Sequence record: PV231353.1
Strand: one strand, 5' to 3'
Length of the DNA: 64,000 bases
Of the stretch, positions 45,204 through 54,523 are shown piece after piece; position 1 is the stretch's first letter, and every line of letters begins with the position of its first letter. Both the position numbers and the translations under genes were made by a program. The notes below the pieces were generated by a model. It had not been told where the DNA came from. It searched no databases and saw only the letters and a list, made by a program, of their open reading frames with translations.

Positions 45204-45439
45204 AACCGGCCCAGCCCATGCCCAATGGCATGCCGTTCGGGCGCGACGGCTTTCCGCGCGTCGAGAAGATCGACGCGGTGCGCAACATCGTCACCTTCCA
45301 CACCGGCGAGACGGCCCCGATCACCAGTTACCTCGCCGGCGGCGAGGAGGTCGGCAACCCGCTGCGCGCCCAGGTCATCGTCTGTGGCCCCTATCGCGGC
45401 AAGTGGCTGGTCATTCCGGTCGAGGAGGGCGACATTTGA
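45200..45439 (+). CDS. hypothetical protein
   Basis: GGAGGAG SD. Confidence 0.7.
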   Translation: MKPAQPMPNGMPFGRDGFPRVEKIDAVRNIVTFHTGETAPITSYLAGGEEVGNPLRAQVIVCGPYRGKWLVIPVEEGDI

Positions 45440-45675
45440 GCCGGCCCCGCAGCGTCACCGAAGTCCTCTGCGACGACTTCCGCGCCCTCCTGACCACGGG
45501 CTTCTACGTCACCGACGAGCATGGCGAGGTCCATGGGCCGGGCACCCCGCTAGGTGATGCGGCCCTGGCGGCGACCAAGGCGTGGCGCGGCGATCTCTGG
45601 AAGGCCTTCCGCCCGATCGACGACAGCATGTGCCCGGTCCGCGTACACGAGCGCGAAGCCGCCAAGCGTCCGTGA
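45436..45675 (+). CDS. hypothetical protein
   Basis: TTG coupling. Confidence 0.65.
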   Translation: MSRPRSVTEVLCDDFRALLTTGFYVTDEHGEVHGPGTPLGDAALAATKAWRGDLWKAFRPIDDSMCPVRVHEREAAKRP

Positions 45676-46042
45676 CCCACCGTCCCTCGGCTTATCTCCG
45701 GACCCCGCCGATGCGCTATCCCGGCCCTTCCGGCTTCGATGAACGGCTGCACCGGGCCGACGGCCGCGCCACGCGGCTTTGGTCGCGCCGCATCTGGCCT
45801 GGGCGCTCCACCAGCTACGGCGCTATGGTTCGCCGATCGACTGGCTCCTGCCGGTGACGCGCGAGGGCCTCGCCGCGCCGGGCGATCGTCCGTTCGGCCA
45901 GAAGACGGTGCGTCTCAAGCTCGGGCGCCGGAGGCTGACCCGCCTGGGCGGCTATCTCGAATACATGCAGTTCGCGAGCGATGCGGACCTTGCAACCTAC
46001 AGGCAATGGCTGAAGGAGACGCCAATTTTTCCGGTGTCATGA
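45672..46042 (+). CDS. hypothetical protein (apparent frameshift near 45775)
   Basis: GTG coupling; C-terminal RLGGY.E...LATYRQWL. Confidence 0.55.
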
Positions 46043-46089
46043 TTCTTGACACCCTATGTCGTCTGTGGTGACATCCGCTCGTTAACCAT
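46035..46089 (+). promoter_or_regulatory. late-type promoter variant with CtrA half-site
   Basis: TGTCATGATTCTTGACA; TTAACCAT at 46082. Confidence 0.6.
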
Positions 46090-46101
46090 GACGGGCTCCC
46101 G

Positions 46102-46448
46102 ATGATCCGCCTGACCAAGTCCCAGCACTACACCAACACGGCCAAGAACGACCGTAGCTGGTACCTGGACCCGACCTTGAAGTTCGAGGTCCATGCCCTT
46201 CCGATCGTGGCCGAGGGCAAAAGTGCGGCTATCCGTCGGCGGGCGCCCTGGTCTGTATGAATGGCGAGGCCCACTATGTCGACGAGGACGTCGACACCAT
46301 CCTGACCCTGATCAAGATCGCCCGCGCCCCGCACCTCTACCCCCTGCAAGACTCGAACGGTCGCCTGATCAATCGTGACGCCTTGATCTATCTGGGCTTC
46401 TCGAACGGCGCGTTCGACTACGGCCTGATGAGCGGGGTGGACGCGTGA
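46102..46448 (+). CDS. hypothetical protein (apparent frameshift near 46218)
   Basis: MIRLTK...AEG joins KCGYPSAGALVCMNGE. Confidence 0.55.
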
Positions 46449-47125
46449 TCGGCAACCTCATCGCGCTTCGTCAGAACGAAGCCCTGGCCCTGGCGCGCGG
46501 CGTGCTGTCGAGCCCCGATCCGGTCGGTCACATCACCCGCAAGCTGGCCCAGGCCCTGGTCGACGAAGCCGCGCTCTACGAGGACCGGCGCCTCGCCTTC
46601 ATGCACCCGTCGATCCTCTGCGCCAACGGCGAGTATTACGATTTCACCGATCCGGACGCCTTTTCCTGGGACATCGAGGTGATCGCCGCCGGCCTGCGCG
46701 CCCCGCGCTTCACCGCCCAGACCCGGAGTCTCGGGACCTATTCGATCCTCCAGCACTCGGTCCTGGCCAGCTACATCGTCCCCAAGGGCTTCGAACTGGA
46801 GGCCCTGCTGCACGACGCCCAGGAGAGTGTGCTCGGCGACAAGGCCACGCCGTTCAAAATCCTCCTGCCTGACTACAAGCACTACGAGGACGCGGCCGAG
46901 CGCGCCGTGCGGCGCAAGTACGGCCTGCCCGAGACGATGTCGCGCGAGGTCAAGCACGCCGACGTCGTCATGCTCGCCACCGAGAAGCGCGACATCATGC
47001 CCAACCCCGAGGACGAGTGGGAAATACTCAGGGATATCAAGCCCTTGGACTTCCCGATCGAGGTCTGGGACGTCGAGCACGCCCGCAAGGTCTTCCTCGA
47101 ACGCTTCGCCGATCTGACGGCCTGA
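46445..47125 (+). CDS. HD-domain phosphohydrolase (YfdR/5'-deoxynucleotidase-like)
   Basis: RF...YSILQHSVL...EALLHDA.E..LGD..TP.K...KHAD..ML.TEKRD. Confidence 0.85.
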   Translation: MIGNLIALRQNEALALARGVLSSPDPVGHITRKLAQALVDEAALYEDRRLAFMHPSILCANGEYYDFTDPDAFSWDIEVIAAGLRAPRFTAQTRSLGTYSILQHSVLASYIVPKGFELEALLHDAQESVLGDKATPFKILLPDYKHYEDAAERAVRRKYGLPETMSREVKHADVVMLATEKRDIMPNPEDEWEILRDIKPLDFPIEVWDVEHARKVFLERFADLTA

Positions 47126-47164
47126 CGTCCGCTCCTGACGTAGAACGATACGAGAACATCAGCT

Positions 47165-47689
47165 ATGCGCAATGTCACCCTCACCCTGGATGGTCCGATC
47201 GCTGTCGGCAAGTCGCGCCTGCTGCGCACCATCGCCTTCGCCCTGGAGAAGACCTATCCGGGCAAGTTCGCCTTCACGGGCGACGTGGTCGACTGCGCGC
47301 CCCTGGCGGTCAACACCATCGAGCCGATGACCATCACCGTGGTCGAGAAGACCGACGGCCGCGCCTATCCCGCGACCCAGGCCGCGCTCCTGAGCGCCGA
47401 GACGGCGCGCGAACTGACCGCCGGCCTGACCAGCGACGAACTCGTGGCCGAAATCTCCAAGGCCGTCGGCGCCGCCGCTCGCGCCGGCCTGAGCCGCGCG
47501 GTGATCGGCAAGGACATCGTGCGCGGGGTCTCCGACTGGAACGGCGACGCCAACGACACCGTGATCGGCCGGGCCGCCAAGCAGGCGCGCGCCGCCGGCT
47601 ACGCGGTCAAGAAGGGCATGGATGGCGACCTCGTCATCGAGTGGAAGACCAAGGTCGCCCCGCCCTTCGCCGGCTATCTGGATCGCTGA
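47165..47689 (+). CDS. hypothetical protein
   Basis: N-terminal G....GKS (degenerate P-loop-like). Confidence 0.7.
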   Translation: MRNVTLTLDGPIAVGKSRLLRTIAFALEKTYPGKFAFTGDVVDCAPLAVNTIEPMTITVVEKTDGRAYPATQAALLSAETARELTAGLTSDELVAEISKAVGAAARAGLSRAVIGKDIVRGVSDWNGDANDTVIGRAAKQARAAGYAVKKGMDGDLVIEWKTKVAPPFAGYLDR

Positions 47690-47693
47690 GCCG

Positions 47694-47897
47694 ATGTCGA
47701 CCCGCATCCAGCCGCATGACCTTCGCCTCCAGTCGGCGATCGCCGACTTTCACGAGCGCAACCTGATGTGCCCGGAGCCGGACTGCGACTGGGGCGTGAT
47801 CGAGACCGGGGAAGAGGACCCCGACACCTGCATCCCCATCACCAAGACCTGTCCGGTGTGCGCCGGCCAGGGCTTCCTGCCGAAGAAGGCCGCCTGA
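47694..47897 (+). CDS. small zinc-finger-like protein
   Basis: CPEPDC...CPVCAG.G. Confidence 0.65.
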   Translation: MSTRIQPHDLRLQSAIADFHERNLMCPEPDCDWGVIETGEEDPDTCIPITKTCPVCAGQGFLPKKAA

Positions 47898-48955
47898 TGA
47901 CCGACATCTACGCCCCCGATCTCTGCATCTACCACGGCAACTGCGCCGACGGGTTCACCGCCGCCTGGGCGGTCTACCGCCGCTTCGAGGGCGCGGTGCA
48001 GTTCCTCCCCGGCGTCTACGGCCGCCAGATCAGCGACGACGTCGTGCTGGGCCGCCACGTCCTGCTGGTCGACTTCTCCTTCAAGAAGGAGGAGTTGAAG
48101 CGCATCGCCCAGATAGCCGCCTCGGTGACCATCATCGACCACCACAAGTCGGCGGCCGAGGACCTCAAGGACTTCATCGTCTCCGAGGCGCTGATGGACC
48201 TGACCCCGGCCGAATACGCCGAACTCTGCCATTTCGCCGGGCGCCTGCCGATCCGCGCCCTGTTCGACATGGACCGCTCGGGCGCGGGCATGACCTGGGA
48301 CTTCTTCCACCGCGCCACCCCGCGCATGAAGATCATCGACTATGTCGAGGACCGCGACCTGTGGCGCTTCAACCAGGAAGGCTCGCGCGAGGTCTCGGCC
48401 TACATCTTCGCCCACGACTACCGCTTCGACAACTGGGACGCCCTGGCCGGCGAGATCGAGATCGACCTCCCGACGGTGATCGCCGCCGGGGCGGCGATCG
48501 AGAAGAAGCACCACAAGGACATCGGCGAGCTTCTGCGCCAGACCCAGCGCGAGATGATCATCGGCGGCTACCGCGTGCCGGTCGCCAACATGCCCTACAC
48601 CCTGGCCAGCGACGCGGCCAACAAGATGGCCTCCACCCCGCGCGCCGACGGGACCATGCCGGCCTTCGCCGCCTGCTACTTCGACAACAACGCCGGCAAG
48701 CGGGCCTTCTCGCTGCGGGCGATCGACGGCGGCGCCGACGTCTCGCAGATCGCCAGCCAGTACGGCGGCGGCGGCCACGCCAAGGCCGCCGGCTTCTCGG
48801 CCGACCAGGGCTGGGAGGGCGAGGGCGACGAGGCCTATGACGCATGGCTGAAGACCAGGATCGCCGCCAGCATCGCCGAACTGGAAGCCGGCAAGGGCAT
48901 CCCCGGCGAACTGGTCGAGGTCGAATTCGCCAAGCGCCGGGCGGGGACGGCGTGA
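47897..48955 (+). CDS. DHH/DHHA1-family phosphoesterase
   Basis: IYHGNCADG...VDFS...IDHH...RSGA...DRDLW...GGGHAKAAGF. Confidence 0.9.
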   Translation: MTDIYAPDLCIYHGNCADGFTAAWAVYRRFEGAVQFLPGVYGRQISDDVVLGRHVLLVDFSFKKEELKRIAQIAASVTIIDHHKSAAEDLKDFIVSEALMDLTPAEYAELCHFAGRLPIRALFDMDRSGAGMTWDFFHRATPRMKIIDYVEDRDLWRFNQEGSREVSAYIFAHDYRFDNWDALAGEIEIDLPTVIAAGAAIEKKHHKDIGELLRQTQREMIIGGYRVPVANMPYTLASDAANKMASTPRADGTMPAFAACYFDNNAGKRAFSLRAIDGGADVSQIASQYGGGGHAKAAGFSADQGWEGEGDEAYDAWLKTRIAASIAELEAGKGIPGELVEVEFAKRRAGTA

Positions 48956-49128
48956 CCGAGACCCGCACCCGGATCGCCAAGGCCGTCCACACCCTCGTCA
49001 AGGTGCTGACCGCGCCGGACGTCCCGGACGAACTGACCAAGAAGCTCGTCCTCGAAAACATCAAGCGCGCCCGCTGGGAACTCCAGGAGATCGAGCGCAT
49101 CTGTCAGCAGGAGATCGCCGGTGGCTGA
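48952..49128 (+). CDS. hypothetical protein
   Basis: GTGA coupling. Confidence 0.6.
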   Translation: MTETRTRIAKAVHTLVKVLTAPDVPDELTKKLVLENIKRARWELQEIERICQQEIAGG

Positions 49129-49585
49129 TCTTGACGCCCTGCCGGCTCCGCCCGAGCCGCCGGCCTACGATTTCCGGGACGATCGCAACCTCGTCCCCCG
49201 CGCCCGGATGATCGCCGACGGCCTCCTGGCCGGCCGCCACATCCTCCATGGCGACGAGCACACCCTGGCGCGCGCCGTGATCGTGCTGCTGGAGGAGCGG
49301 GAGAAGAAGGCCAATTCGCCCTGCACCTTGATCGTCGTCGAGGGCGTGGTCGAGCGCGATCGGCTGCAAAAGCTGCTCGATCCGACCACCAGGGCCTTCC
49401 ACGTCATCACCCCGATGCAGCGCGGCGACGCCATGGCGGGCCGGCGCTATGCGTCGATCTTCGTCCGCTATCCCTCGTCCGCGTGGTTCGACGCCAAGAA
49501 CGTCGAGACCCACCAGTTCCAGGCCTGGGAACGCGAGCACCTCTTTCCCCGCCTCCTCAAGGGCGGTCACTTCCAGCACATCTAG
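49121..49585 (+). CDS. hypothetical protein
   Basis: AGGAG SD. Confidence 0.7.
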   Translation: MADLDALPAPPEPPAYDFRDDRNLVPRARMIADGLLAGRHILHGDEHTLARAVIVLLEEREKKANSPCTLIVVEGVVERDRLQKLLDPTTRAFHVITPMQRGDAMAGRRYASIFVRYPSSAWFDAKNVETHQFQAWEREHLFPRLLKGGHFQHI

Positions 49586-49591
49586 GACCCC

Positions 49592-49756
49592 ATGCAACAG
49601 CCTGAAACCATCACCGTCGACGTCCAGCCGGCCGAAGTCCCCGCCCCCAAGCCGCGCCCGCGCGCCAAGGTCCATGAGCCCCAGCGGTTCAACACCTTCA
49701 AGGCCGCCCTGTTCGGCACCACGTCCCTGATCCAGATCACCCGCTACGCCGGATGA
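49592..49756 (+). CDS. small hypothetical protein (54 aa)
   Basis: AGGA SD, coupled stop. Confidence 0.55.
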   Translation: MQQPETITVDVQPAEVPAPKPRPRAKVHEPQRFNTFKAALFGTTSLIQITRYAG

Positions 49757-50022
49757 ACCCCTCCCGCCGCCGCGCGATGCTGGCCCAGATTGAGACCTGC
49801 AAGCAGTCGAGCTTGGTCGTCGAGGAGGCGACCAAGCACTGGCGGCGCGATTACGAGGCCTATCACCACGTGATGGTCTCCGGGCAGGTGGGGCGCTATT
49901 CCGAGGAGGCCCTGAAGGCGCTTACCCTTCAAGCCTCCGCCACCTACGAGGCGCTCTTGGACGCGCTCCGTGTACACGCCAATAACCTCGAACGCCTGCG
50001 TTCGCTGCGAGACCATTTCTGA
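49753..50022 (+). CDS. hypothetical helical protein
   Basis: ATGA coupling. Confidence 0.65.
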   Translation: MNPSRRRAMLAQIETCKQSSLVVEEATKHWRRDYEAYHHVMVSGQVGRYSEEALKALTLQASATYEALLDALRVHANNLERLRSLRDHF

Positions 50023-50462
50023 TGCGCTACTACCTCGACACCGAGTTCAACGGCTTTGGCGGGGAACTGATCTCCCTGGCCCTGGTCCGCGAGGACGGCA
50101 ACTGGCTCTATCTGATCTACGAGACGACCCAGCCGATCGATTCCTGGGTCGCCGAGAACGTCATGCCGATCCTGCACCTGCCGGGCCTGCTGCCGATCCA
50201 CGTCAACCAGGAGGCCGGGGCCGAGTTCATCGCCCACTTCCTGGCCGGCGACGACGCCGTCGAGATCATCACCGACTGGCCCGACGACATCCGCTATTTC
50301 TGCCAGTCGATCATCTCCGGACCGGGCATGATGTCGCGCCTCGTCCCGAGCCTGAAGTTCTCGATGATCCGCGCCGACGCCTACCCGACCACCTTGCCGG
50401 GCGCGGTGCAGCACAATGCCGTCTGGGATGCGCGCGCCCTGCGCCACCTCATGCTGTCGTGA
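50022..50462 (+). CDS. DEDDh 3'-5' exonuclease (DnaQ/RNase T-like)
   Basis: YLDTEF...DW.DD..YF...HNA.WDARAL. Confidence 0.85.
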   Translation: MRYYLDTEFNGFGGELISLALVREDGNWLYLIYETTQPIDSWVAENVMPILHLPGLLPIHVNQEAGAEFIAHFLAGDDAVEIITDWPDDIRYFCQSIISGPGMMSRLVPSLKFSMIRADAYPTTLPGAVQHNAVWDARALRHLMLS

Positions 50463-50508
50463 GGCCCACGGCTCGGCGCCGGCGTAGAAGCCGGCGCGCA
50501 ACTTCCGG

Positions 50509-50990
50509 ATGATGGCGGCGACCTCGACCACGAGCGTCGCCACACACCGCACCTATCCCGGCAAGCTGATCTCGCCCGCCCCCGGCCACTGCCGCTGGTG
50601 TACTGGCCCCATCCTCAAGCCGGACGGCTCGATCAACCGCCGCAAGACCTTCTGCTCGCAGGTCTGCGTCTCCCACTACCTGCTGCGCGCCGATCCCGCC
50701 GAGATGCGCCGCCACGTCTTCTTCCGCGACCAGGGCGTCTGCGCTGCGTGTAAAAGAGATGGCTCTACCTTGACGATAGTGGATGGCAGGCCGACCACAT
50801 CGAGCCTCTCTTCCTGGCGTTCGGCGACCTCTCCTACTGGGAGCCGGAGAACGTCCAGGTCCTCTGCACCGACCCGTGCCACAAGCAAAAATCGGCCGAC
50901 GACATGCGCAAGTACGGCTTCGTGCTCAAGCTGACCCGCGAGCGCAAGCAGCCCGAAAAGCGGCGGCGGTTAGCCGAAAGACTATCTTGA
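50509..50990 (+). CDS. zinc-binding HNH endonuclease (apparent A-run frameshift near 50752)
   Basis: CRWC...CSQVC...CAAC...WQADHIEPL...N.Q.LC..CHKQKS. Confidence 0.75.
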
Positions 50991-51003
50991 GTCAAGCGCG
51001 ATC

Positions 51004-51043
51004 TGTCGTGAATCTTGACATTCGGCGAATTTTTTGCTAGGTT
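51004..51043 (+). promoter_or_regulatory. late-type promoter
   Basis: TGTCGTGAATCTTGACA-N17-TAGGTT. Confidence 0.7.
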
Positions 51044-51148
51044 CCCCAGCATCCCGATAGAGGTTGGCATATCCCGACGCCGCCAGCCGTCTCGCAACGC
51101 GACGGGTCGTCGCCCATACCACGGGGTCCGTGGGAAGAGAGAAACTGT

Positions 51149-51940
51149 ATGCCTGTTCTGTCCTACGATACGCTCGACATGGTCCCCGAGGGCCTGCGCG
51201 AGTTCGCAAAGCAAGTCGACGGCAGCGAGAAGTTCCAAGTGAACGTCGTCAGCGCCGCGAAGATCGACGAGTTTCGCGACAACAACATCAAGATTTCGAA
51301 GGAGCGCGACGCGCTCCTGGAGAAGGTGGCCCGGCTGGAGCCGATCGTCGGCGAAGACCCGGACGCCTTCAGCGCCAAGCTGACGGAACTGCAAGCGATC
51401 GCCCAGCGCGTCGCCGACGGTGACCTGAAGGAAGGCCGCGCCCTCGAAGAAGCGCTCCAGAAGCGCACCGAGGAGATGCGGAAGCAGTACGACGACCGTC
51501 TTCAGCAGACGGGCAAGGAACGGGCCGCGTGGCAGGCCAAGCACGATGAACTGGAGCGCCGGTTCAAGCAGTCGCTGGTCAGCAACGCGATCACCGCCGC
51601 CGCGATGGCGCAGGGCTCGGGCATCGACCCGACCGCGATCACCGAGGTGGTTCGCTCGGGCCTGGACGTGTTCAAGGCCGACGATCAGGGCCGTCTGACC
51701 CCCTATGTGGGCGACGCTCCGCTCTACGGCGCCGACGGTGTCACGCCGATGACGCCGAAGGAATGGCTGCAAAAGCTGAAGGAGGAGAAGCCGTTCTTCT
51801 TCCTCAACAGCAGCGGCGGCGGCGCCGGCGGCGACAAGACCAAGACGGTTCACGGCGTCACGCCGGAGCGTCTGAAGGGCATGTCGGCGGCCGAGCGTCT
51901 GGCCATCGCCAATGGCGAGAAGTCGGCGCGGCTGCGCTAA
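51149..51940 (+). CDS. capsid scaffolding protein
   Basis: Coiled-coil, W...L...KP.FF...SGGGAGG, directly upstream of MCP. Confidence 0.8.
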   Translation: MPVLSYDTLDMVPEGLREFAKQVDGSEKFQVNVVSAAKIDEFRDNNIKISKERDALLEKVARLEPIVGEDPDAFSAKLTELQAIAQRVADGDLKEGRALEEALQKRTEEMRKQYDDRLQQTGKERAAWQAKHDELERRFKQSLVSNAITAAAMAQGSGIDPTAITEVVRSGLDVFKADDQGRLTPYVGDAPLYGADGVTPMTPKEWLQKLKEEKPFFFLNSSGGGAGGDKTKTVHGVTPERLKGMSAAERLAIANGEKSARLR

Positions 51941-52204
51941 GTCACGAAACCCTGGTTTCGTGATCTGATCTAGGCCCCTCGGGGCGGAGTTGCCGGGCTC
52001 TCTTGCAAAAGCCCGGACCGATTTCGCCCGCACGGGCCAGAGCTTGAGCGCCGATCCTGGCGATCGCTCGAACAAGTCAAGTCATGAAACCCTGGTTTCG
52101 TGACAAGAGAATTCCCTCGGTGACGGCCGGTCGACCGAGGGGCAGACCGAGACGGGGTCCGTCTCTCAACCAGACCGGTGCGAACACCAAAGAGGAGCAA
52201 GCCA

Positions 52205-53140
52205 ATGGCTGCTGTGACCCTGCTGCAAGCGTCCGAAATGGCGCTCGGCAACGACGAAGTCAAGCGCGCCGCGATCATCGAGCTTTTCGCGACGCCCGAC
52301 ATCCTGCGCGTGATCCCGTTCCTGGACATCCAGGGCGGCGCGTACACCTACCTGCAAGAAGGCCAGCTCTCGGGCGTCGCCTTCCGGGGTATCAACGAGT
52401 CCTACGACACGTCGACCGGCGTGATCAACCCGCAAGTCGAGCGCCTGCGCATCGTCGGCGGCGACCTGGACGTCGACAAGTCCCTGCTGAAGACCCACGG
52501 CGCCAACGTGCGTTCGCAGCAGGAGCGCATGAAGGTCAAGGCCCTGAGCCTGTACCTCGCCGGCAAGATCATCAACGGCGACTCGGAAGCCGACCCCCGC
52601 GAGTTCGACGGTCTGCGCAAGCGCATCACCGGTTCGCAACTGTTCCCGGCCGGCGCGACCGCTGGCGGTGACGCCCTGTCGCTGGCCGTCCTGGACGAAG
52701 CCATCGACGCGGTCGACGGTGCGACCCACCTGATCATGTCGAAGCGCATGCGTAACCTGCTCGCGCAGTCGGCCAACAACCCCAACGTCACCGGCTACGT
52801 GTCGTGGGAAAAGGACGAGTTCGGCATGCGCGTGATGCGCTACGCTGACCTGCCGATCCTGGTCACCGACTACGACGACAAGAACCAGCAGGTCATCGAC
52901 TTCAACGAAGCCTGCCCTGGCGGCGGCTCGGCGGTCGGCACCTCGATCTACGTCGTCAACATCGGCGACGAAGGCGTGGTCGGCCTCCAGAACGGCGTCA
53001 TGGAGATCGAAGACCTCGGCGAGATCGACGCCAAGCCGGTTCTGCGCACCCGCGTCGAATGGCTGGTCTCGCTGGCCGTCCTGAGCGGTCGCTCCGCCGC
53101 TCGCGTCTGGGGCATCAAGAAGGCCGCCGTCACCCGCTAA
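52205..53140 (+). CDS. major capsid protein
   Basis: HK97-like pattern: IPF..I.G..Y.Y..E..L.GVAFR..NE...GGD..VD...FDGL; AGAGGAG SD. Confidence 0.9.
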   Translation: MAAVTLLQASEMALGNDEVKRAAIIELFATPDILRVIPFLDIQGGAYTYLQEGQLSGVAFRGINESYDTSTGVINPQVERLRIVGGDLDVDKSLLKTHGANVRSQQERMKVKALSLYLAGKIINGDSEADPREFDGLRKRITGSQLFPAGATAGGDALSLAVLDEAIDAVDGATHLIMSKRMRNLLAQSANNPNVTGYVSWEKDEFGMRVMRYADLPILVTDYDDKNQQVIDFNEACPGGGSAVGTSIYVVNIGDEGVVGLQNGVMEIEDLGEIDAKPVLRTRVEWLVSLAVLSGRSAARVWGIKKAAVTR

Positions 53141-53215
53141 GGGTGATGGCTCAGGGGCTCCGGCCCCCTGACCTTCCTGGTCCTCTCCACCCCCATCTAA
53201 GCAGGAAATCCCCAG

Positions 53216-53662
53216 ATGGAATCCAAGATTCGTCACCAGTACGACGCGCTCCTGGCGCTTCAGCCGGTCGGCACCGCTGCGGTGACCGCCGACGGCTCGT
53301 CCGTCAACGCGGTGGACATCTACCGCATCGCCAACGGTCGCGGCGACGTCGCCGGCCGCTACGGCATCGGTTCGTTCGACATCGTGTTCTACTTCAAGTC
53401 GGCCGTCACCGGCGGCGCGACCCCGGAGACCTACACGATCAACGTCGTGACCACCGACGCCGACGGCGCCAACCCCGTGGTGCAGGAGACCTTCACGGTC
53501 GAAAGCACCATGATCGGCGACCCCTACGTCCTGGCCTTCCACCCGGCCACGCTGAAGCTGAAGGACGCCGACGCCGCCAAGGTGAAGCTGACCATCGACG
53601 TGGCCGGCACCGCGCCGTCGCTCGACTTCTACGCCTTCGTGGCCCCGCACTCGCACCAGTAA
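53216..53662 (+). CDS. minor capsid / decoration protein (probable)
   Basis: Beta-rich 148 aa directly after MCP, followed by a terminator. Confidence 0.65.
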   Translation: MESKIRHQYDALLALQPVGTAAVTADGSSVNAVDIYRIANGRGDVAGRYGIGSFDIVFYFKSAVTGGATPETYTINVVTTDADGANPVVQETFTVESTMIGDPYVLAFHPATLKLKDADAAKVKLTIDVAGTAPSLDFYAFVAPHSHQ

Positions 53663-53700
53663 TGGGCGAGCCGGGTTCCCGGCGTTCGGTCAAAGTCAAC

Positions 53701-53727
53701 CCCCGGACCCTGGTCCGGGGTTTTCTT
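53701..53727 (+). terminator. intrinsic terminator
   Basis: CCCCGGAC-CCTG-GTCCGGGG-TTTTCTT. Confidence 0.8.
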
Positions 53728-53746
53728 TGGGTGCTGCGGCCCAGAA

Positions 53747-53764
53747 ATGTCGTGAATCTTGACA
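53747..53764 (+). promoter_or_regulatory. late-type promoter motif
   Basis: ATGTCGTGAATCTTGACA. Confidence 0.7.
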
Positions 53765-53851
53765 CAAGGGCCGTTTCATGCCAGAAGTCAAGTCTCTTTT
53801 GAGCGCGGCGTTGAAGGGCCGTGCCGGTCTCCCCGAAACGGAAAATCCCCC

Positions 53852-54235
53852 ATGAGCAACAAGAACCTCGTGCCCGTCTACTCGCCGGAAGGCAAGAAGG
53901 AACTGCACACCCGCCTGAACGCCTACGACCTCGTCAATGGCGCGGGCTGGACCTGGAAGCCGGGTGTCGAGACCACGCCGGCCGCGATCCCGCCCTACCG
54001 CGCTCCGCCCGTCGGCGCTGAGCCGGCCCAAGCCGTGCTGGACCGCGCCGGTCACCGCAACGACCGCACCCTGACCGAGGTGGTTGGCGCCGATGACGCC
54101 GACGCTGATCTGGACGCCGCCGAGGACGAAGTCGTCGAGGACGCCGCCGACGAGGCTCCGGTCGCCGAAGAAGCCCCCGCCGCTCCTGCCGCCCCGGCGG
54201 CGCGCGGTCGCGGCCGCAAGCCCACGGCGGCCTAA
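53852..54235 (+). CDS. virion-region hypothetical protein
   Basis: ATG 53852; acidic/Ala-rich tail ending RGRGRKP. Confidence 0.75.
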   Translation: MSNKNLVPVYSPEGKKELHTRLNAYDLVNGAGWTWKPGVETTPAAIPPYRAPPVGAEPAQAVLDRAGHRNDRTLTEVVGADDADADLDAAEDEVVEDAADEAPVAEEAPAAPAAPAARGRGRKPTAA

Positions 54236-54238
54236 GCC

Positions 54239-54520
54239 ATGGTGGAACTCGGCTACTTCAGCAAGACCTGGGTGGTGGACGTCACTGCTGCCTCCGACGT
54301 CTTCGCCAATCCCGGCAACGGGCAGACCTTCATGCTGCGCGCCGACCGCAAGATTCACATCGCGCGGTCGGTGGACAACAACGCCGAGGCCACCACGGGC
54401 GACTGCCTCCTCCTGGCCGACGAGCCCGCCAGCTTCGCTATGGAAGTCGGCGGCTCGATTGCCTTCATCCTGGCCGACGGCGAGACCGACGGCAAAATCT
54501 TCATCACCCAGGTGAACTAA
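54239..54520 (+). CDS. virion-region hypothetical protein
   Basis: Beta-rich 93 aa. Confidence 0.75.
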   Translation: MVELGYFSKTWVVDVTAASDVFANPGNGQTFMLRADRKIHIARSVDNNAEATTGDCLLLADEPASFAMEVGGSIAFILADGETDGKIFITQVN

Positions 54521-54523
54521 GCC

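Noticed and set aside
51939-52104. Mini-CRISPR or RNA anti-CRISPR repeat pair
   Set aside because: ~115-nt spacer, no likeness to CRISPR repeats I know, and the motif belongs to a dispersed palindrome family
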